Assembly (NCBI GenBank): GCA_002748055.1
Contig: PDRI01000095.1
Coordinates: forward strand, 3,081-67,080
Length of the DNA: 64,000 nt
Source of the DNA: Bacteroidota bacterium
GTDB lineage: Bacteria > Bacteroidota > Bacteroidia > Bacteroidales > GCA-2748055
Direction: 5' to 3'
Shown here: piece after piece, positions 63,580 through 64,000 of the stretch
How positions within the stretch are numbered: the stretch's first letter is position 1
How the letters are laid out: each line of letters opens with the position of its first letter
Made by a program: the position numbers and the translations under genes
Notes under the pieces: generated by a model
Database searches by the model: none
The model's input: the letters and a program-made list of their open reading frames with translations, nothing else
Told to the model about the DNA's origin: nothing

Positions 63580-64000
63580 ATGAAGAAACTTGCTACTCTT
63601 TTACTATTCTCCCTCTTTACAGTGGGAGCCTTTTCGCAGGCATTCACCGGGGTTTCCTGGGTTGCATGGGGCGATGAGCCCGATTATGAAGGCGTCGCAG
63701 GCTATGCCGACAACCCATATCAAACACCTGTGCTTGCAATTCCCATGAATGTAAAGGGTGTGGTCCCCGCCAACATCTCCGATGCAGCAACATTTGATGC
63801 AGCATGGGATCTGCTTGGCGATGAGCAGGTCATGGCAAAAATGATCACCGACGGCAGCATTGATTTCTACGATCTGGACGGTGACAGAACCTTCGGTGCA
63901 TCCTGGAAGGGCATGCACGATGGATCGAATCTCTACATTTTTGCTAAATACTATGACACCAATGCCCAACTGGATGCTGGTACACATAATTTTGAGGTAA
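63580..64000 (+). CDS. Partial (3'-truncated) secreted protein, possibly with a CBM9/DOMON-like carbohydrate-binding domain.
   Basis: Not in the track because it runs off the window. ATG at 63580 gives MKKLATLLLFSLFTVGAFSQ (signal peptide), then ...FDAAWDLLGDEQ...FGASWKGMHDGSNLYIFAKYYD. The domain guess is weak. Confidence 0.6.
   Translation, partial: MKKLATLLLFSLFTVGAFSQAFTGVSWVAWGDEPDYEGVAGYADNPYQTPVLAIPMNVKGVVPANISDAATFDAAWDLLGDEQVMAKMITDGSIDFYDLDGDRTFGASWKGMHDGSNLYIFAKYYDTNAQLDAGTHNFEV

Noticed and set aside
1-64000. Searched for mobile elements, integrases, tRNA/rRNA genes, toxin-antitoxin or phage-defence gene signatures.
   Set aside because: No transposase, integrase or recombinase motifs, terminal inverted repeats, tRNA-like cloverleaf regions or nuclease/ATPase defence architectures were recognised. 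The only P-loop outliers are Wzc and the protein at 54397..56340, both discussed above.

Overview
This 64 kb window appears to come from a Bacteroidota genome. The taxonomic call is an inference from six Por_Secre_tail-type T9SS C-terminal sorting domains, TAnnTTTG-like promoter boxes and the domain families present. No rRNA, tRNA, CRISPR array, transposase or integrase was seen.

Bases 1-50961 form a large Wzx/Wzy-type exopolysaccharide or capsule locus. It encodes:
- a WbaP-like initiating phosphotransferase, Wza, Wzc, a flippase and a polymerase;
- about 10 glycosyltransferases (GT2, GT4, GT26, and one fucosyltransferase-like);
- WecB;
- an RfbF/SDR/RmlC-like/C-methyltransferase nucleotide-sugar cassette;
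- an MBOAT plus AlgJ-like O-acetylation pair.

The locus is unusual because six very large secreted multidomain T9SS cargo proteins are interleaved with these genes. The largest, on the minus strand at 1..7455, is missing from the supplied ORF track because it runs off the window edge.

The most striking element is a tightly spaced plus-strand unit at 7901-17273 (GT2, GT2, then two paralogous giant proteins). Both proteins share a well conserved N-terminal domain that I cannot place. Each then carries a tandem array of ~73-aa units I do not recognise, 17 units in the first and 6 in the second. The 17-unit array is built as a 4-unit super-repeat of 873-876 bp.

Downstream of the locus are:
- a small cluster of two SiaC/DUF1987-like proteins flanking an unknown 269-aa protein (51282-52900);
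- a periplasmic keto-sugar-type cluster of two TAT-signal xylose-isomerase-like TIM barrels, a DUF1080 protein and a 647-aa protein with an HprK/PEPCK-like P-loop (53213-58049);
- a detached GT4-GT2 pair;
- a PlsC-like acyltransferase, a NagB-like deaminase, an NRAMP transporter and a partial secreted protein at the right edge.

All functional calls rest on motif and architecture recognition by eye. No database search was run.
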